A stretch of DNA of 64,000 nt from Candidatus Aenigmatarchaeota archaeon (GTDB taxonomy: Archaea > Aenigmatarchaeota > Aenigmatarchaeia > GW2011-AR5), in NCBI GenBank assembly GCA_016193585.1, contig JACPRW010000006.1, positions 293 to 64,292 on the forward strand, given 5' to 3'. A model generated the notes under the pieces. It searched no databases. It was not told where the DNA came from and saw only the letters and a list, made by a program, of their open reading frames with translations. The position numbers and the translations under genes are program-made. This document shows, one piece after another, positions 1 through 9,411 of the stretch. Positions within the stretch are counted from its first letter, which is position 1; the number at the start of each line of letters is the position of its first letter.

Positions 1-49
1 CACGTTAGGCACAGCTGCTGGCATACAATCTATTTAGTTGGCATAAACG

Positions 50-268
50 CTTTTATAGTGAACCCAGAAAAGAATCTGGATATGATTTCTGGGTTCACAT
101 ATCCCCAGAAAGCACAGCTTTCTGGGATCTCGAAGAACCTCGGTTCTTCGCAGATAGCTCACAAGGAAGTAATACATGGTGGATTCCATGAATCCACCTG
201 TACAGGAGAATCTTCGATTCTCCTCGCATCCTGTTTATTTCCTTGTAGAGCTATAAAGTGTACTTGGT
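50..268. repeat. Cluster of palindromic hairpin units plus an inverted copy of the 'AGCTCTACAAGGAA...' element also present at 55196-55340
   Basis: Hairpins gtgaacccagaaa/tttctgggttcac, ggtggattccatgaatccacc, aggagaatcttcgattctcct; TATAG/CTATA flanks; near-identical inverted copy at 55196-55340. Confidence 0.7.
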
Positions 269-404
269 GACTTAATTCACTTTGTTTAAATACTCCTTTT
301 GTTTTAATCCACTACACCCAAAGATATGCAACTGGCTTCAGACCAGCAATGCCCCTACAGGCGAGAAATCCTATTGTTTGACTTGAAGCTGGACTCTCTG
401 GACA

Positions 405-535
405 GTATCATAGTATGTTCTGTTGATTAGTGAACATTTTATGCAGAACATACCGTATAGCAGGTTCGAATGAAAAGTTCCGATAGTATTCGAACCTACT
501 ATAACATGCACCACCGTTGTAGTAAGATATGGGAA
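405..535. repeat. Palindromic MITE-like repeat (family R2: atgttctg..cagaacat + atagcaggttcgaat..attcgaacctrctat)
   Basis: About 90% identical copy at 40413-40515, partial at 55148-55195. Confidence 0.75.
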
Positions 536-688
536 TTGTGACCCTCTTGCAATAGATAGTCTGCCGCGCAGCATAGACGATCTTCTTGAAGAAATATCAG
601 AAGCTTTTGGCGAAAATATTATGGCTTCGCCGGACATCACTATGGGATACCTGACGAGGGTGGTATAGCTATTAATTGATTAGCCTGT

Positions 689-958
689 CTATTTCGTCTC
701 AAGTGCCCACGCTTTGAGCTTCTCGTAGCTCGTCGAGCCGCATATCCACTTGCCGGTCTTCTTGTTGATGAAGAACGGCACGCCGCCGCAGTAGCCCTTG
801 TCCGTTTGCTCGAGCAGCCTCGCATTCGCCGCGTTGTGCCAGACCTCGATTTTCTGTATTTTCACGCCCTCTTCCTTCTCGAGGCGCTCGATGAGCGGCT
901 GCATCTCGATGCAGTGCCTGCACTCGGTGCCGTAGAACTCGATGAGGTCGTCTGTCAT
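689..958 (-). CDS. Glutaredoxin/thioredoxin-fold protein (CxxC = CRHC)
   Basis: 89 aa, YGTECRHC active-site-like motif, GGVPFF motif typical of glutaredoxins. Confidence 0.7.
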   Translation of the reverse strand: MTDDLIEFYGTECRHCIEMQPLIERLEKEEGVKIQKIEVWHNAANARLLEQTDKGYCGGVPFFINKKTGKWICGSTSYEKLKAWALETK

Positions 959-990
959 AATGGAGATATGTAAGTGATTGTATAAATAAA

Positions 991-1692
991 TTGATTTTCA
1001 ACAGTAACCAAATGGAGCATCTCACCGCAACGGTCAGGGAAGTCATTCACGAGACGTCGACTACATTCCTCGTCAGGCTTGCGCTGCCGGAGCCGCTTGT
1101 GTTCAAGCCTGGGCAGTATGTGATGGTGCAGATTGACGACGAGCACGTGAAGCCCTACTCCATCGCATCGCCGCCTTCGGAGAAGGCGTACATCGAGTTC
1201 TGCATCCGCCGCGTCGAAGGCGGCTACGTCTCCAGCTACATGTATAATCTCAAGCCGAACCAGAGGCTGAAGCTGATGGGGCCGGTGGGCTCGTTCGTCC
1301 TCAGGGAAGTGACAACCGATATCGTTTTCCTCGCGACCGGGACCGGCATTTCCTCGCTCAAGGGTATGATAGACACGATATTCGAACGAGGTACAGAAAA
1401 GGAAATATGGCTGTTCTTCGGCAACCGCACCGAGGACGAAATCATCTACCGGGAGCACTTCGAAGAACTGGCAAAACAACATAAAAACTTTCATTTCATT
1501 CCCTGCTTAAGCAGGGCCAGCGACATCTGGAAGGGCGAGCGCGGCTACGCGCAGGACGTCATGAAAAAGCACCTCGCGAACCCCAAGGAAAAGGATGTGT
1601 ACATCTGCGGCGTTGCGGCGATGGTCGAGCAGGCTGCGGGCGTGTGCAAGGCGATGGGATTCAGGAACGTTTATTTCGAGAAGTACGTGTAA
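991..1692 (+). CDS. FAD/NAD(P)-binding oxidoreductase, ferredoxin-NADP reductase-like
   Basis: RxYS-like FAD motif (KPYSIAS), GTGI NAD(P)-binding motif, no C-terminal FeS cysteines. Confidence 0.7.
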   Translation: MIFNSNQMEHLTATVREVIHETSTTFLVRLALPEPLVFKPGQYVMVQIDDEHVKPYSIASPPSEKAYIEFCIRRVEGGYVSSYMYNLKPNQRLKLMGPVGSFVLREVTTDIVFLATGTGISSLKGMIDTIFERGTEKEIWLFFGNRTEDEIIYREHFEELAKQHKNFHFIPCLSRASDIWKGERGYAQDVMKKHLANPKEKDVYICGVAAMVEQAAGVCKAMGFRNVYFEKYV

Positions 1693-2022
1693 TTAGACGA
1701 TGTACGCTTCAAGCGCTTCTGTAACCCCCTGCTCAGTTGATTCAACCCTTACATCAGTGTCCCAATAATGAAGCACTCCAACAACCGCTTCGCCCCTGCT
1801 GATAATTGTTGCATTGACGTCGAGAGTTCCATACAAAGCTGCGTCCTCTGCTATTGGCTTCTGCGTGCAGTAGCCTTGCGCTTCCAAGGCAGCTCGAAGG
1901 TCTGCTTCCTGAACGCCTGGCTTTAGCGGGTACACGCCAATTGACGGACCTTTTCGGTACATCCCGAGAATAGCGCCCATCCGTATATGCACAAGCATGC
2001 TGTTCAAGTCTTCCATGAGCAA
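1693..2022 (-). CDS. Hypothetical protein, paralog of 2247-2603
   Basis: Shared motifs EDxRxALExxGYC[TV]Q ... SRGEAV[VI]G with neighbouring ORF. Confidence 0.5.
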   Translation of the reverse strand: MLMEDLNSMLVHIRMGAILGMYRKGPSIGVYPLKPGVQEADLRAALEAQGYCTQKPIAEDAALYGTLDVNATIISRGEAVVGVLHYWDTDVRVESTEQGVTEALEAYIV

Positions 2023-2093
2023 TCATCTTCATTCTGAAGTCAGGCGGGATGCTTAATAGCAACATCGCAAGAATTCCCTTTGCTTTATAGTGG

Positions 2094-2245
2094 ACCAACA
2101 AAAGAATACCAACATATTACTTTTGTTGTCCGCTACACGCGGAAAACAAGGTTTTCCGGTGCACCAAAAAGCTTTGCTTTTTGCGTGTACGTGAACCAAG
2201 ATATAATACCTGATTGTTTACTTGGTTCACTATAACTGGGGGTTA
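2094..2245. repeat. Composite palindromic MITE (family R6: TAGTGGACCAAC...GGTTCACTA with internal hairpins)
   Basis: Related copies at 29548-29715 and 31638-31750; TATAG / CTATA flanks. Confidence 0.75.
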
Positions 2246-2246
2246 T

Positions 2247-2603
2247 TTAATCCTCTACAATGTGCTGCCCGAGTGCTTTTCTGATTTGTTCCTGTTCATG
2301 TGATTCAACTTTGAGCCCATCGCCCCGGCAGTATACGGTGCCGATGACTGCCTCTCCCCTGCTGACAATGGTTGTTCCCTCGGTAACGATTCCATATGCT
2401 GCTCCATAGAGCACAGCTTCTGCCCCGATCTGCTGCACGCAATATCCCGCTCGTTCCAATGCGCTTCTCACGTCTTCTTGCGTGGCTCCGGCAAGCTGAT
2501 AGCATTTAATAGGCGGACGGCTCGCATAGTGCCTCAGTACGGCATGTGTTACTGCGCCAATTCTCATGCGTTGAATTGTGTCATCCCATGAATCAGGGTG
2601 CAT
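2247..2603 (-). CDS. Hypothetical protein, paralog of 1693-2022
   Basis: Sequence similarity to adjacent ORF over about 70 aa. Confidence 0.5.
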   Translation of the reverse strand: MHPDSWDDTIQRMRIGAVTHAVLRHYASRPPIKCYQLAGATQEDVRSALERAGYCVQQIGAEAVLYGAAYGIVTEGTTIVSRGEAVIGTVYCRGDGLKVESHEQEQIRKALGQHIVED

Positions 2604-2653
2604 GGCGGTACTATTACAGAAAGCTTTTTAATTTCGTAGAGGAGTACTTAGCC

Positions 2654-3376
2654 ATGAGAGTTGTCTTCCTCGGGGTCGGCGAATCAACGGGGACTGAGCC
2701 GAACACCTCCCTGCTGGTCGAATCGTCGATGAACATCCTGCTCGACTGCGGGCCCACCGTGCCGCAGCAGCTCTGGCGCTACAACAGCGAACCGGATTTC
2801 CTCGATGCCGTCTATCTGACGCACCTGCACGGCGACCATGTGCTCGGCGTGCCCCTCCTGCTTCTGAGGATGTGGCAGGACAATCGGAAGAGAAAATTAA
2901 CCATCATCGGCCAGCATGCGATGTGGGAATTTCTCCAGCACCTCGTCGAGACCGTCTATCCGAAAATCATGAAGGCGCCGAAGTTTGAAATTGCATTCCT
3001 CGACCTGCCGCCAGCTTTTGGCAAGCTGAAGCTTGCGTTCGCGAAAACGTCCCATTCCATGAAGAACTATGCCATCCGCGTTTCCGAAGGGACGACGCAC
3101 CTGTGCTACAGCGGCGACGGGGCGCCGTCCGCCGACAGCCGTGCCCTGTACAAGAACGCCGCGCTCCTCGTGCACGAGGCGTACACGCTCAGGCAGGAGG
3201 GCGACAACCACGCGTCGGTCGATGGCGTGCTGCAGCTTGCCGAAGAAGCGAAAGCAAAGTCGCTCGCGCTCGTGCACTTGCACAGGAGCGTGCCACAAGA
3301 CGCAGTCCAGGAAACGGCGAAACGCTCGCGCATGAAAATTTTGGTCCCCAAACCAATGGAATCGGTAGAACTCTGA
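2654..3376 (+). CDS. MBL-fold metallo-hydrolase, RNase Z-like
   Basis: HLHGDH (HxHxDH) motif, YSGDG, LVHEAY motifs; start trimmed to MRVVFLGVGES. Confidence 0.55.
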   Translation: MRVVFLGVGESTGTEPNTSLLVESSMNILLDCGPTVPQQLWRYNSEPDFLDAVYLTHLHGDHVLGVPLLLLRMWQDNRKRKLTIIGQHAMWEFLQHLVETVYPKIMKAPKFEIAFLDLPPAFGKLKLAFAKTSHSMKNYAIRVSEGTTHLCYSGDGAPSADSRALYKNAALLVHEAYTLRQEGDNHASVDGVLQLAEEAKAKSLALVHLHRSVPQDAVQETAKRSRMKILVPKPMESVEL

Positions 3377-3378
3377 CT

Positions 3379-4737
3379 CTATTTCTTTATGTGATAACCG
3401 ACCAGCGCCCGCAACGCGCCCACCGCCTGCTCCGGGAAGGTGTAGCACGGGATGTTTTGCTCTTCGAGCTTCTTCTTGAGCAGCTCGGTAAACTCGCCGC
3501 CGGTTGAAACAACAGCAATCGGTTTCTTTTTGAGGTCGTTGGCTTCGATGATGACGTCAACGATATCCGTCGTGATGAGCGGCGTCTGGTACAGTACAAT
3601 AAGCAGAACCGCGTCCACGTTGCTGTCACTGAGCGCAGCATCAAGCGCAGCCTTATACCGCGCCGTAGTCGCATCGCCGACGAGGTCGAGGGGATTTGCA
3701 ATGGTGACGAGTGAGGGCATCGCCTTGCGCAGCTGCCGTGCCACCGGCGCGCTGAACGCTGCCATCTGCAGCCCGTTCCTGACAATCGCGTCGGTACTTA
3801 AAATCCCGTAGCCGCCGCCGTTCGTGATGACGAGCACTCGGTCGCCGGCTGGCCGCATGGACTTCTCGAGAATCTTTGCATAATTGAACATCTCCTCCAG
3901 GGAATGCGCCTGGATAACGCCCGCCTGCCTGAATGCGCCTGCATAGATTTCTGCCGAACCTGCCAGCGAGCCGGTGTGCGACAGCGTTGCCTTCGCGCCC
4001 TGCTCGGTGGTGCCGCCCTTTATTGCTATGACCGGTTTCTTTGCCGAAACTTTCTTTGCTGCCCGGAGGAATTTTTTTCCGTCCATGATGCCTTCGACGT
4101 AGAGGCAGATGACCTTGGTCTTCTCGTCAGTGCCGAGATATTCCATGATATCTGACTCGTCAACATTCATCGCGTTGCCGTAGCTGCAGAATTTCGCGAA
4201 GCCGTATCCCTCCTCGGTCGCCAGGTCAAGGATAGCCGAGCCGACGGCTCCTGACTGGCAGATGAAGCTGATGCCGCCTTCCTTCGGCCGCGTCAGGCGG
4301 TAGCGCGGCAGGAACAGCGAGTCCACCTTGGTGTGTGCATCGAAGCAGCCGAGGCAGTTGGGGCCGACGCACCTGATAGCGTACTTCGCGAGCATCTTTT
4401 CCAGCTTCCTATCGAGCACGTGGTTGCCGACTTCCCTGAAGCCCGATGTCACGATGATGACGTCGCGTATCCCTTTCTTGCCGCATTGCTCAACAACTTT
4501 GACGACTTCTTCGGTCGGCACCGCGATGATGGCAAGGTCGACAGCATCTTTTACATCAGTAATAGAAGCGTATGACGTGAACTGCAGTATCTCCTCTGCA
4601 TTCGGATTCACCACAAATATTTTTCCCTTAAACCCGCCGTCAATAAGGTTCCTCAGTATCACGTGCCCGACCTTTTCCGGGCTCCGCGAAACGCCGATGA
4701 CCGCGATGCTTTTGGGGCCGAAGAAGTTGCCGAGCAT
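3379..4737 (-). CDS. ADP-forming acetyl-CoA synthetase (NDP-forming acyl-CoA synthetase) alpha subunit
   Basis: CoA-binding N-terminus, succinyl-CoA synthetase-like flavodoxin/ligase domains, 452 aa. Confidence 0.8.
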   Translation of the reverse strand: MLGNFFGPKSIAVIGVSRSPEKVGHVILRNLIDGGFKGKIFVVNPNAEEILQFTSYASITDVKDAVDLAIIAVPTEEVVKVVEQCGKKGIRDVIIVTSGFREVGNHVLDRKLEKMLAKYAIRCVGPNCLGCFDAHTKVDSLFLPRYRLTRPKEGGISFICQSGAVGSAILDLATEEGYGFAKFCSYGNAMNVDESDIMEYLGTDEKTKVICLYVEGIMDGKKFLRAAKKVSAKKPVIAIKGGTTEQGAKATLSHTGSLAGSAEIYAGAFRQAGVIQAHSLEEMFNYAKILEKSMRPAGDRVLVITNGGGYGILSTDAIVRNGLQMAAFSAPVARQLRKAMPSLVTIANPLDLVGDATTARYKAALDAALSDSNVDAVLLIVLYQTPLITTDIVDVIIEANDLKKKPIAVVSTGGEFTELLKKKLEEQNIPCYTFPEQAVGALRALVGYHIKK

Positions 4738-4745
4738 AAAGGATA

Positions 4746-5417
4746 ATGTGCCAAACCAATATATATAACTGCAGCGAATGTATCCCTATGCGCGTTCTCA
4801 CCGAGTACGAGGCGATGCAATTCCTTGGCAGGCACGTGCCGGTTGCGCGAATCGTCGTCTGCAAGAATTCGGCAGAAGTTGTGCGGTGCGTCAAGCGGTT
4901 CAGATTTCCTGTTGTTCTGAAATTGGCTGGCGTACTCCACAAGACCGACGTCGGCGGCGTGAAAGTTGCAAGAAACTATCTTGAGCTGAGGAATGGTTAT
5001 ACGAAGCTGATGAAAACTGCCAGGAGCAAAAAGATACGACAAAAAGGGATCGTCGTTCAGGAGTTTGTGAAGGGGACAGAGGTCATCATCGGCATCAAAC
5101 GGGATGCGGCGTTCGGCCATGCGGTCATGGTCGGCATTGGCGGCATTCATGTTGAGTTGCTCAGGGACGTGTCGTTCAGGGTATGCCCGATAACCGGGAA
5201 GGACGCGGCATCGATGGTCGACGAGCTCCGGATGAAGCAGCTCCTGTTCGGCTTCCGCGGCAGCAGGCCTGCCAACGTGAAGCTGCTCACGTCGGTTCTC
5301 GTCAAGGTTTCACGGCTTCCTCTCAGGCGCAGGGACATAGAAGAACTCGATATCAACCCTTTCATGCTCAACGACAAGACGGGGAAAGTCGTGGACGCGC
5401 GGATTGTTCTCCGGTAG
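4746..5417 (+). CDS. ADP-forming acetyl-CoA synthetase beta subunit (ATP-grasp)
   Basis: ATP-grasp-like domain; divergent from alpha subunit gene; true start possibly at 4785 (MRVLTEYEA). Confidence 0.7.
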   Translation: MCQTNIYNCSECIPMRVLTEYEAMQFLGRHVPVARIVVCKNSAEVVRCVKRFRFPVVLKLAGVLHKTDVGGVKVARNYLELRNGYTKLMKTARSKKIRQKGIVVQEFVKGTEVIIGIKRDAAFGHAVMVGIGGIHVELLRDVSFRVCPITGKDAASMVDELRMKQLLFGFRGSRPANVKLLTSVLVKVSRLPLRRRDIEELDINPFMLNDKTGKVVDARIVLR

Positions 5418-5419
5418 GC

Positions 5420-6304
5420 TCAGGCTATCGATACCATGGATTTGGTTTTCTTAATTAACCCGTCTTTTTCAAGCTGCATTAAAATGATGCGCGCCTTTGC
5501 TGCCGGCACGCCGAGCTGTTCTGCCAGTTCTTTCATGCCCATCCTTTTCCTTTCTGTCAGCAGGCGTATCATCCGCCCCCTCAGCTGCCTGTCCGAGCCC
5601 TTGAACGGCTGCTGCCGGTGATAGTGGGCGCTCTTCCTGCTCAGGTTGCCGACGGTCCTCTTGAGCATAGCGCCGTAATCCATGAGCGCATAGTACCATT
5701 CGCGGGGGTTTTCCCTGTCGAGCGACTGCTCGAGCAGCGGCAGCAGTTCGGCGTCCTTCACCTCTTTCCTGCCACTGAAAAAGAAATGGATGAAGACGGT
5801 GCGGATGTTCGTTTCAATAAATACCACCGGCCTGTTGAACGCGAACGCGCACACCGCTGACGCCGTAGCCTTTCCGATGCCCGGGAACGATTCGAGTTCT
5901 TCGGCAGAATCGGGCAGCTGCCCGTTATAGTCGCGCATCGCCAGTTCGGCGCTTCGCTTGAGCGCAAGCGCGCGGCGGTTGTAGCCGAGACCCTGCCATG
6001 CCTTCAGAACGTCGCGCAGCGGTGCAGCGGCGAGCGAGGCGAAATCGGGAAACGCGGCGAGGAACTCATCGTACTTCTTGAGCACCCTGTCCACCTGCGT
6101 CTGCTGGAGCATGATTTCGGAGACAAGGATGCGGTACGGTTCCCTCGCCCTTCGCCACGGCAGGTCGCGTCCCTGCTTCCGGTAGTAGCTCCAGATAGAC
6201 GAGCGGAACAGTCCTAGAGATGGAGTTTCAGCATGGGCGCAGAGAGACCCTTGCGCATGGCTGCGGCTTCGCTGCTCGCTCATGGAAAAGATATACGGCA
6301 TCAT
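5420..6304 (-). CDS. HhH-GPD family DNA glycosylase-like protein fused to a C-terminal winged-helix domain
   Basis: LVSEIMLQQTQ ... GYNRRA ... FPGIGKATASAV HhH-GPD motifs; no FeS cysteines; C-terminal MarR-like wH. Confidence 0.65.
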   Translation of the reverse strand: MMPYIFSMSEQRSRSHAQGSLCAHAETPSLGLFRSSIWSYYRKQGRDLPWRRAREPYRILVSEIMLQQTQVDRVLKKYDEFLAAFPDFASLAAAPLRDVLKAWQGLGYNRRALALKRSAELAMRDYNGQLPDSAEELESFPGIGKATASAVCAFAFNRPVVFIETNIRTVFIHFFFSGRKEVKDAELLPLLEQSLDRENPREWYYALMDYGAMLKRTVGNLSRKSAHYHRQQPFKGSDRQLRGRMIRLLTERKRMGMKELAEQLGVPAAKARIILMQLEKDGLIKKTKSMVSIA

Positions 6305-6368
6305 TCTTTAATGCGTACTGCCTGCTGCTTGTGCACGCGTATTTAAGCAGCATTCCGCATTAATAATT

Positions 6369-6641
6369 ATGGAACTCAGAAAAATGACAGCCACAAGCCT
6401 CGTGCTTATTGGCGTCGCCTTCGTATCGCAGGGGATTCTGATGACGTTCGTCACCATGTCCCTCGGCGATGCGCTCGCCTCGCTGGCGCAGATGGCAGCC
6501 TTTAGCAACCAGCCGGTTCCTGATTACACCGCCCAACTGCTGGCACTGTGGGTTTTCACCGCCATCCAGTATGTCGCAGGGCTCGCCACGCTTGTCACCG
6601 GTGTAGCGCACTTCAGGGAAAAGGCGCAGCGGAAGAAATAG
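6369..6641 (+). CDS. Small membrane protein, hypothetical
   Basis: 90 aa, hydrophobic segments; coding status uncertain. Confidence 0.3.
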   Translation: MELRKMTATSLVLIGVAFVSQGILMTFVTMSLGDALASLAQMAAFSNQPVPDYTAQLLALWVFTAIQYVAGLATLVTGVAHFREKAQRKK

Positions 6642-6733
6642 TATGGGATACCGTGAAAAGCTTCGCTTTTCAGGGTGCCGGAAAGCTGATGCTTTCTGAG
6701 CACGGCACACGAGCGAAGCGAAGTGTGAGGTAT

Positions 6734-7474
6734 TCAGATTTTCACTATTTTTGCGTACTTTCTGCTTTTCCTTATTTTCACGCGGTCGCCTGTGCGAAGC
6801 CCGGTCATGCGGGGGTCGTTGTCTGCCGATAGAAGCGCCCTGTTCCGGACAACAGTCACCGTAACCACGGAATTTTCCTTGAGAACAAGATGCTTTGCTG
6901 GTTCGGTGAGGTTATTGAAGGCGACGCCGATTCCTTTTGCGAACCGTTTCCGGGTAATGGAGTAATAATATGCGCCTGAACCGAACGGCGTCGAAACCGT
7001 TACGCCGTCGCCGACAAGCAGGCCGTTCACCTGCCTGCCGTTCACTGCAACCTCGAACCGTATGCAATTCGTCTGCTGCTTGTTGCGTATGACGACGTCG
7101 TTGAGGCATGTCGCTCTCAGAAGCCTGCCCTTATTCCGCACAACCGCCTCAAGCTTCATGGCTTTTTCGATGCGGTATTTTCCTGCCCTGATGCCCGACA
7201 GGATGATTCCAAGCGAGTCCCAGTCGCAGACGTTGCATATGGATTTGTTCCGTATCGGCAGCTTCGGTACGCCGGGATACGCGCGCTCAGCGTACAGCAG
7301 CGTTCCGTCGCCTCCCAGCGAGATGACGATATCAGGTCTTTCCTTTGTGTACCGCATACCTGCTTTCCTGATGAGCCTGCGGTACTGCGTGATAACGTGC
7401 TTGTTCTTGCCGACGATGAAGAACCTCAATACCCTGCGTTTGACGCTTCGCGCATCAAACGCATCGTATCCCAT
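6734..7474 (-). CDS. nadK: NAD(+) kinase
   Basis: GGDGTLL signature, about 246 aa. Confidence 0.8.
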   Translation of the reverse strand: MGYDAFDARSVKRRVLRFFIVGKNKHVITQYRRLIRKAGMRYTKERPDIVISLGGDGTLLYAERAYPGVPKLPIRNKSICNVCDWDSLGIILSGIRAGKYRIEKAMKLEAVVRNKGRLLRATCLNDVVIRNKQQTNCIRFEVAVNGRQVNGLLVGDGVTVSTPFGSGAYYYSITRKRFAKGIGVAFNNLTEPAKHLVLKENSVVTVTVVRNRALLSADNDPRMTGLRTGDRVKIRKSRKYAKIVKI

Positions 7475-7475
7475 G

Positions 7476-8777
7476 TTATACGCCTCTTATAGAATCCTCG
7501 AACATATCCAGACCGTAGTCAGCCTGTGCTTTCGTGATGATGAGCGGCGGGCACATCCTGATGGATGATATGCCTGCGGGCAGGAGAAGAAGCCCTTTCT
7601 CGGCAGCGGCGCAGAGAATCCGCTGCCGCTCCTGAACACCGTACCGCTTTGTTTTCTTTTCTTTGACTATTTCAGCGCCAATCATCAGCCCAAGGCCGCG
7701 CACGTCGCCGATGATGTCGTACTGCTCTTTCATCACGCCGAGCCTCCTGAGCATATGCTTCCCGACACGCTCCGCGTTCCGGCCTAATTTCTTTTTCCGC
7801 ATGTACCCCAGCGTCGCGATGCCTGCTGCGCAGGCGAGCAGGTTGCCGCCGAACGTGTTGGCGTGCGAACCCGGCGGCCAGTCCATGACCTTCCTGTTCG
7901 CCATTGTCGCGCCGAGCGGAATGCCGCCGCCGATGGCTTTGCTCATGGAAACGATGTCAGCCTTGACGCCGAAATGCTCCAGCGCAAGGAATTTTCCCGT
8001 CCTGTAGCAGCCAGCCTGCACTTCATCATCGCACAACAGCGCCCCGTATTCGTCGCACAGCTTCCGCATCCCCTTCACGAAGTCCTTCGGCGGGACGATG
8101 TAACCAGCTTCCCCCGCAACCGGCTCGAAAAACACGGCAGCGACATCGCCATTGCACGATTTGATGGCGCTTTCGAGCTGGCTGAGGTACTGCCCGGAGC
8201 AACCACCGTGACCGCTCGTTCCGAAAGGGCAGCGATAGCAATACGGGTATGGCGCATGCTTCACCGGCATGAACGGGCCGAAACGCTCCCGCTGCACCCG
8301 CTTCGAGTTGGTGAGCGAGAGCGAACCCATCGTTCTCCCATGAAAGGACGGCTTGAATGCTATGGTCCATTTCCTGTTCGTATGCCACCGCGCCAGCTTG
8401 TACGCAGCCTCGATGCTCTCCGTGCCTGAGTTGGAAAGGAATGCGGCGTTGAGATGCTTTGGAAGAAACGTCAGAAGCTGCTCCACAAAACGGACAGGAA
8501 GCTCTGCGTAGAAATCACTGAAGCCGCAGTGGTATCCTCGCTTTGCCTGCTGCACTACTGCCTTGATGACCGCGGGGTTCGTGTGACCGATTCCCATGAC
8601 GGCGACGCCGGCTGCGAAATCCAGGTAGCGGCGGCCGTCCATGTCCCAGACATGACATCCTTTCGCTTTCTGGTAGACGAAGGAGTATTCGCGCGTCAGC
8701 GAAGGCGACATCACCCTGCGGTCGCGCCGTATGACCGCCTGCGATTTCTTTCCCGGAGGCCGGCAGATGAAGCGCAT
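7476..8777 (-). CDS. Class III (omega) aminotransferase, GABA/acetylornithine aminotransferase-like
   Basis: PLP-lysine region SMSKAIGGG, 433 aa, fold-type I AT-III motifs. Confidence 0.8.
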   Translation of the reverse strand: MRFICRPPGKKSQAVIRRDRRVMSPSLTREYSFVYQKAKGCHVWDMDGRRYLDFAAGVAVMGIGHTNPAVIKAVVQQAKRGYHCGFSDFYAELPVRFVEQLLTFLPKHLNAAFLSNSGTESIEAAYKLARWHTNRKWTIAFKPSFHGRTMGSLSLTNSKRVQRERFGPFMPVKHAPYPYCYRCPFGTSGHGGCSGQYLSQLESAIKSCNGDVAAVFFEPVAGEAGYIVPPKDFVKGMRKLCDEYGALLCDDEVQAGCYRTGKFLALEHFGVKADIVSMSKAIGGGIPLGATMANRKVMDWPPGSHANTFGGNLLACAAGIATLGYMRKKKLGRNAERVGKHMLRRLGVMKEQYDIIGDVRGLGLMIGAEIVKEKKTKRYGVQERQRILCAAAEKGLLLLPAGISSIRMCPPLIITKAQADYGLDMFEDSIRGV

Positions 8778-8892
8778 GAAGAATTATTTGCTTCAGACAC
8801 GATATAAAGGTGACCGATTATAATTAGTATCATGTTCTCTGTAGAACTATCCCGCATGGCCAAAAAAGAGCTTGACACCACAGATGACGGGA

Positions 8893-9013
8893 GAATGATA
8901 TGCCCCTATATACCACCGACTGAAGTCGGTGGTTTCAGTGGGGCATGTCATCCCGAATGCCTTGTGTTTTATCTGCTGCCTGAAGGCAGCAGTTTTCAAG
9001 GCATTCAAGATAA
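8893..9013. repeat. About 120-bp double-hairpin repeat (family R8), second copy inverted at 52868-52990
   Basis: About 90% identity; perfect 20-bp palindrome ccaccgactgaagtcggtgg plus gaatgccttg...gctgcctgaaggcagc...caaggcattc hairpin. Confidence 0.75.
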
Positions 9014-9201
9014 GAGAAATCCTAGAATATCTTAAGCTTGATCCTGTGCCAGCAAAAGTTTACGACCTGAAAAAATTAGAAGGCAGTAAAGATAGTTTCA
9101 GAATCCGTATTGGAAAAATGCGGATTCTTTACACAATCATATGGAAAGATAAAGTCATACTGGTTTCGAGAATAGAGAAAAGGGGGACTGTCTACGATTA
9201 A
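8929..9201 (+). CDS. relE: Archaeal RelE (RelE/ParE family toxin)
   Basis: ILEYLKLDPVPAKVYDLKKLEG...IRIGKMRILYTIIWKDKVILVSRIEKRGTVYD resembles aRelE; 5' portion overlaps repeat R8. Confidence 0.7.
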   Translation: MVSVGHVIPNALCFICCLKAAVFKAFKIREILEYLKLDPVPAKVYDLKKLEGSKDSFRIRIGKMRILYTIIWKDKVILVSRIEKRGTVYD

Positions 9202-9365
9202 AGCCTTGTTGTCTTTCCTTTCCTATAATCTTTCAGAGCCTCCTGGATGGCTTTTTTGTCCTCCTTGTTGGCTTTCTCGGTTTTGAGAATGGTTGTTTCT
9301 ATAGCAATCAGCCTCGTCTTGATTTCTTCTATTTCTTTCAACAGGCTCTGTGATTGTGCTGGCAT
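9198..9365 (-). CDS. Small coiled-coil ORF (55 aa), possible antitoxin-like partner, convergent to relE
   Basis: MPAQSQSLLKEIEEIKTRLIAIETTILKTEKANKEDKKAIQEALKDYRKGKTTRL; stop codon overlaps relE stop; not in supplied ORF track (<60 aa). Confidence 0.3.
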   Translation of the reverse strand: MPAQSQSLLKEIEEIKTRLIAIETTILKTEKANKEDKKAIQEALKDYRKGKTTRL

Positions 9366-9411
9366 AATTACAGTTCCTGCTGCAGATATATAAAGCCAAA
9401 GTATCGCGCCT

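Noticed and set aside
440-520. GGTTCGAAT (tRNA T-loop-like) strings inside family-R2 units, also at 55155-55195
   Set aside because: The motif is part of a perfect palindrome (ggttcgaatg...cattcgaacc). No acceptor stem, anticodon arm or cloverleaf can be drawn. Treated as repeat, not tRNA.
58-640. ORFs 58-270(+) and 371-640(-)
   Set aside because: They lie entirely within MITE/hairpin repeat clusters. Almost certainly spurious.
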